Of a stretch of DNA of 64,000 bases, positions 63,657 through 64,000 are shown piece after piece. The stretch's first letter is position 1. Every line of letters begins with the position of its first letter. The DNA comes from Rhizodiscina lignyota. Taxonomy: Eukaryota. The position numbers were made by a program, and so were the translations under genes. The notes below the pieces were generated by a model that did not search any database, was not told the DNA's origin, and saw nothing but the letters and a program-made list of their open reading frames with translations. The stretch covers positions 1,302,001 to 1,366,000 of the forward strand of contig ML978129.1 in NCBI GenBank assembly GCA_010015805.1, in the 5' to 3' direction.

Positions 63657-64000
63657 CTATCTCGCCCTCCATCGCACCCTTCCAACCCACGCAGCCCAGT
63701 TCCGTACATCGTCCCTTTCCACCAATCTCTCCACACTCCACCAGTCCTTCGCCAACTCCTCATTGCTCGCAATCTTGTGCACAAAGCTATGGCATGCTCG
63801 ACATAACCACGCCACGTTGTTCAGATCCTCCTCCTTGTGCCATCCGCGCTTCAGAACCTTTCCATGCACGCCCCGTGGGATAAGATGGTGATATGTCAAG
63901 GGCAGATGTGTACGGCCACAGATCTCGCACTCGTTGGTTTCTGGGCGCGTGGATGAGGGCGGAGGGGGAGGGGTCGCGCTGATGGAGATATAGACCGTGA
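63657..64000 (-). CDS. HNH-like zinc-binding protein (YisB-like), 3' part; 5' end lies outside the window
   Basis: Frame is open to the window edge: ECEICGRTHLPLTYHHLIPR..NNVAWLCRACHSFVH, a CxxC..HH..N..CxxCH..H pattern typical of HNH domains. Confidence 0.8.
   Translation of the reverse strand, partial: TVYISISATPPPPPSSTRPETNECEICGRTHLPLTYHHLIPRGVHGKVLKRGWHKEEDLNNVAWLCRACHSFVHKIASNEELAKDWWSVERLVERDDVRNWAAWVGRVRWRAR

Noticed and set aside
1..64000. tRNA, rRNA and CRISPR arrays
   Set aside because: No cloverleaf with a T-loop, rRNA-like sequence or repeat-spacer array was noticed by eye; tRNAscan-SE/Infernal would be needed to exclude them formally.

Overview
Eukaryotic DNA from a filamentous ascomycete (Pezizomycotina, possibly Dothideomycetes; taxon inferred from protein style and short GT-AG introns with CTRAC branch points). 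I built about 18 protein-coding gene models by hand, and the spliced lengths of the complete multi-exon models are multiples of 3. In order: a partial FAD monooxygenase, the HECT E3 ligase TOM1, an uncharacterised membrane protein, an S10 carboxypeptidase, two divergent paralogous Cys/His (C2H2-like) proteins, PtaB/LIM-binding regulator, V-ATPase subunit B, an MFS transporter, a metallo-beta-lactamase-fold protein, a TMEM135-like protein, an Ino2/Ino4-like bHLH factor, a YeeE/YedE protein, a Nab3-like RRM protein, UNC-50, Rna14, a QDE-2-type Argonaute with an intact DEDH tetrad, and a partial HNH-like protein. There are also two probable gene relics. Most of the window is core housekeeping. 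The most unusual signals are: (i) the head-to-head zinc-finger-like paralog pair, both of which can form their start codon across an intron (A|TG); (ii) an NLR-like relic with a SesB-type hydrolase start fused out of frame to ankyrin repeats; (iii) three long introns at the 5' end of the Argonaute gene, one carrying a perfect 10-bp hairpin; (iv) a 4-nt microexon in UNC-50; (v) a candidate intronic box C/D RNA; and (vi) a long, stem-rich intron in the TMEM135-like gene. I saw no tRNA, rRNA, CRISPR array or recognisable transposon. No database searches were run; family names come from motif recognition only.
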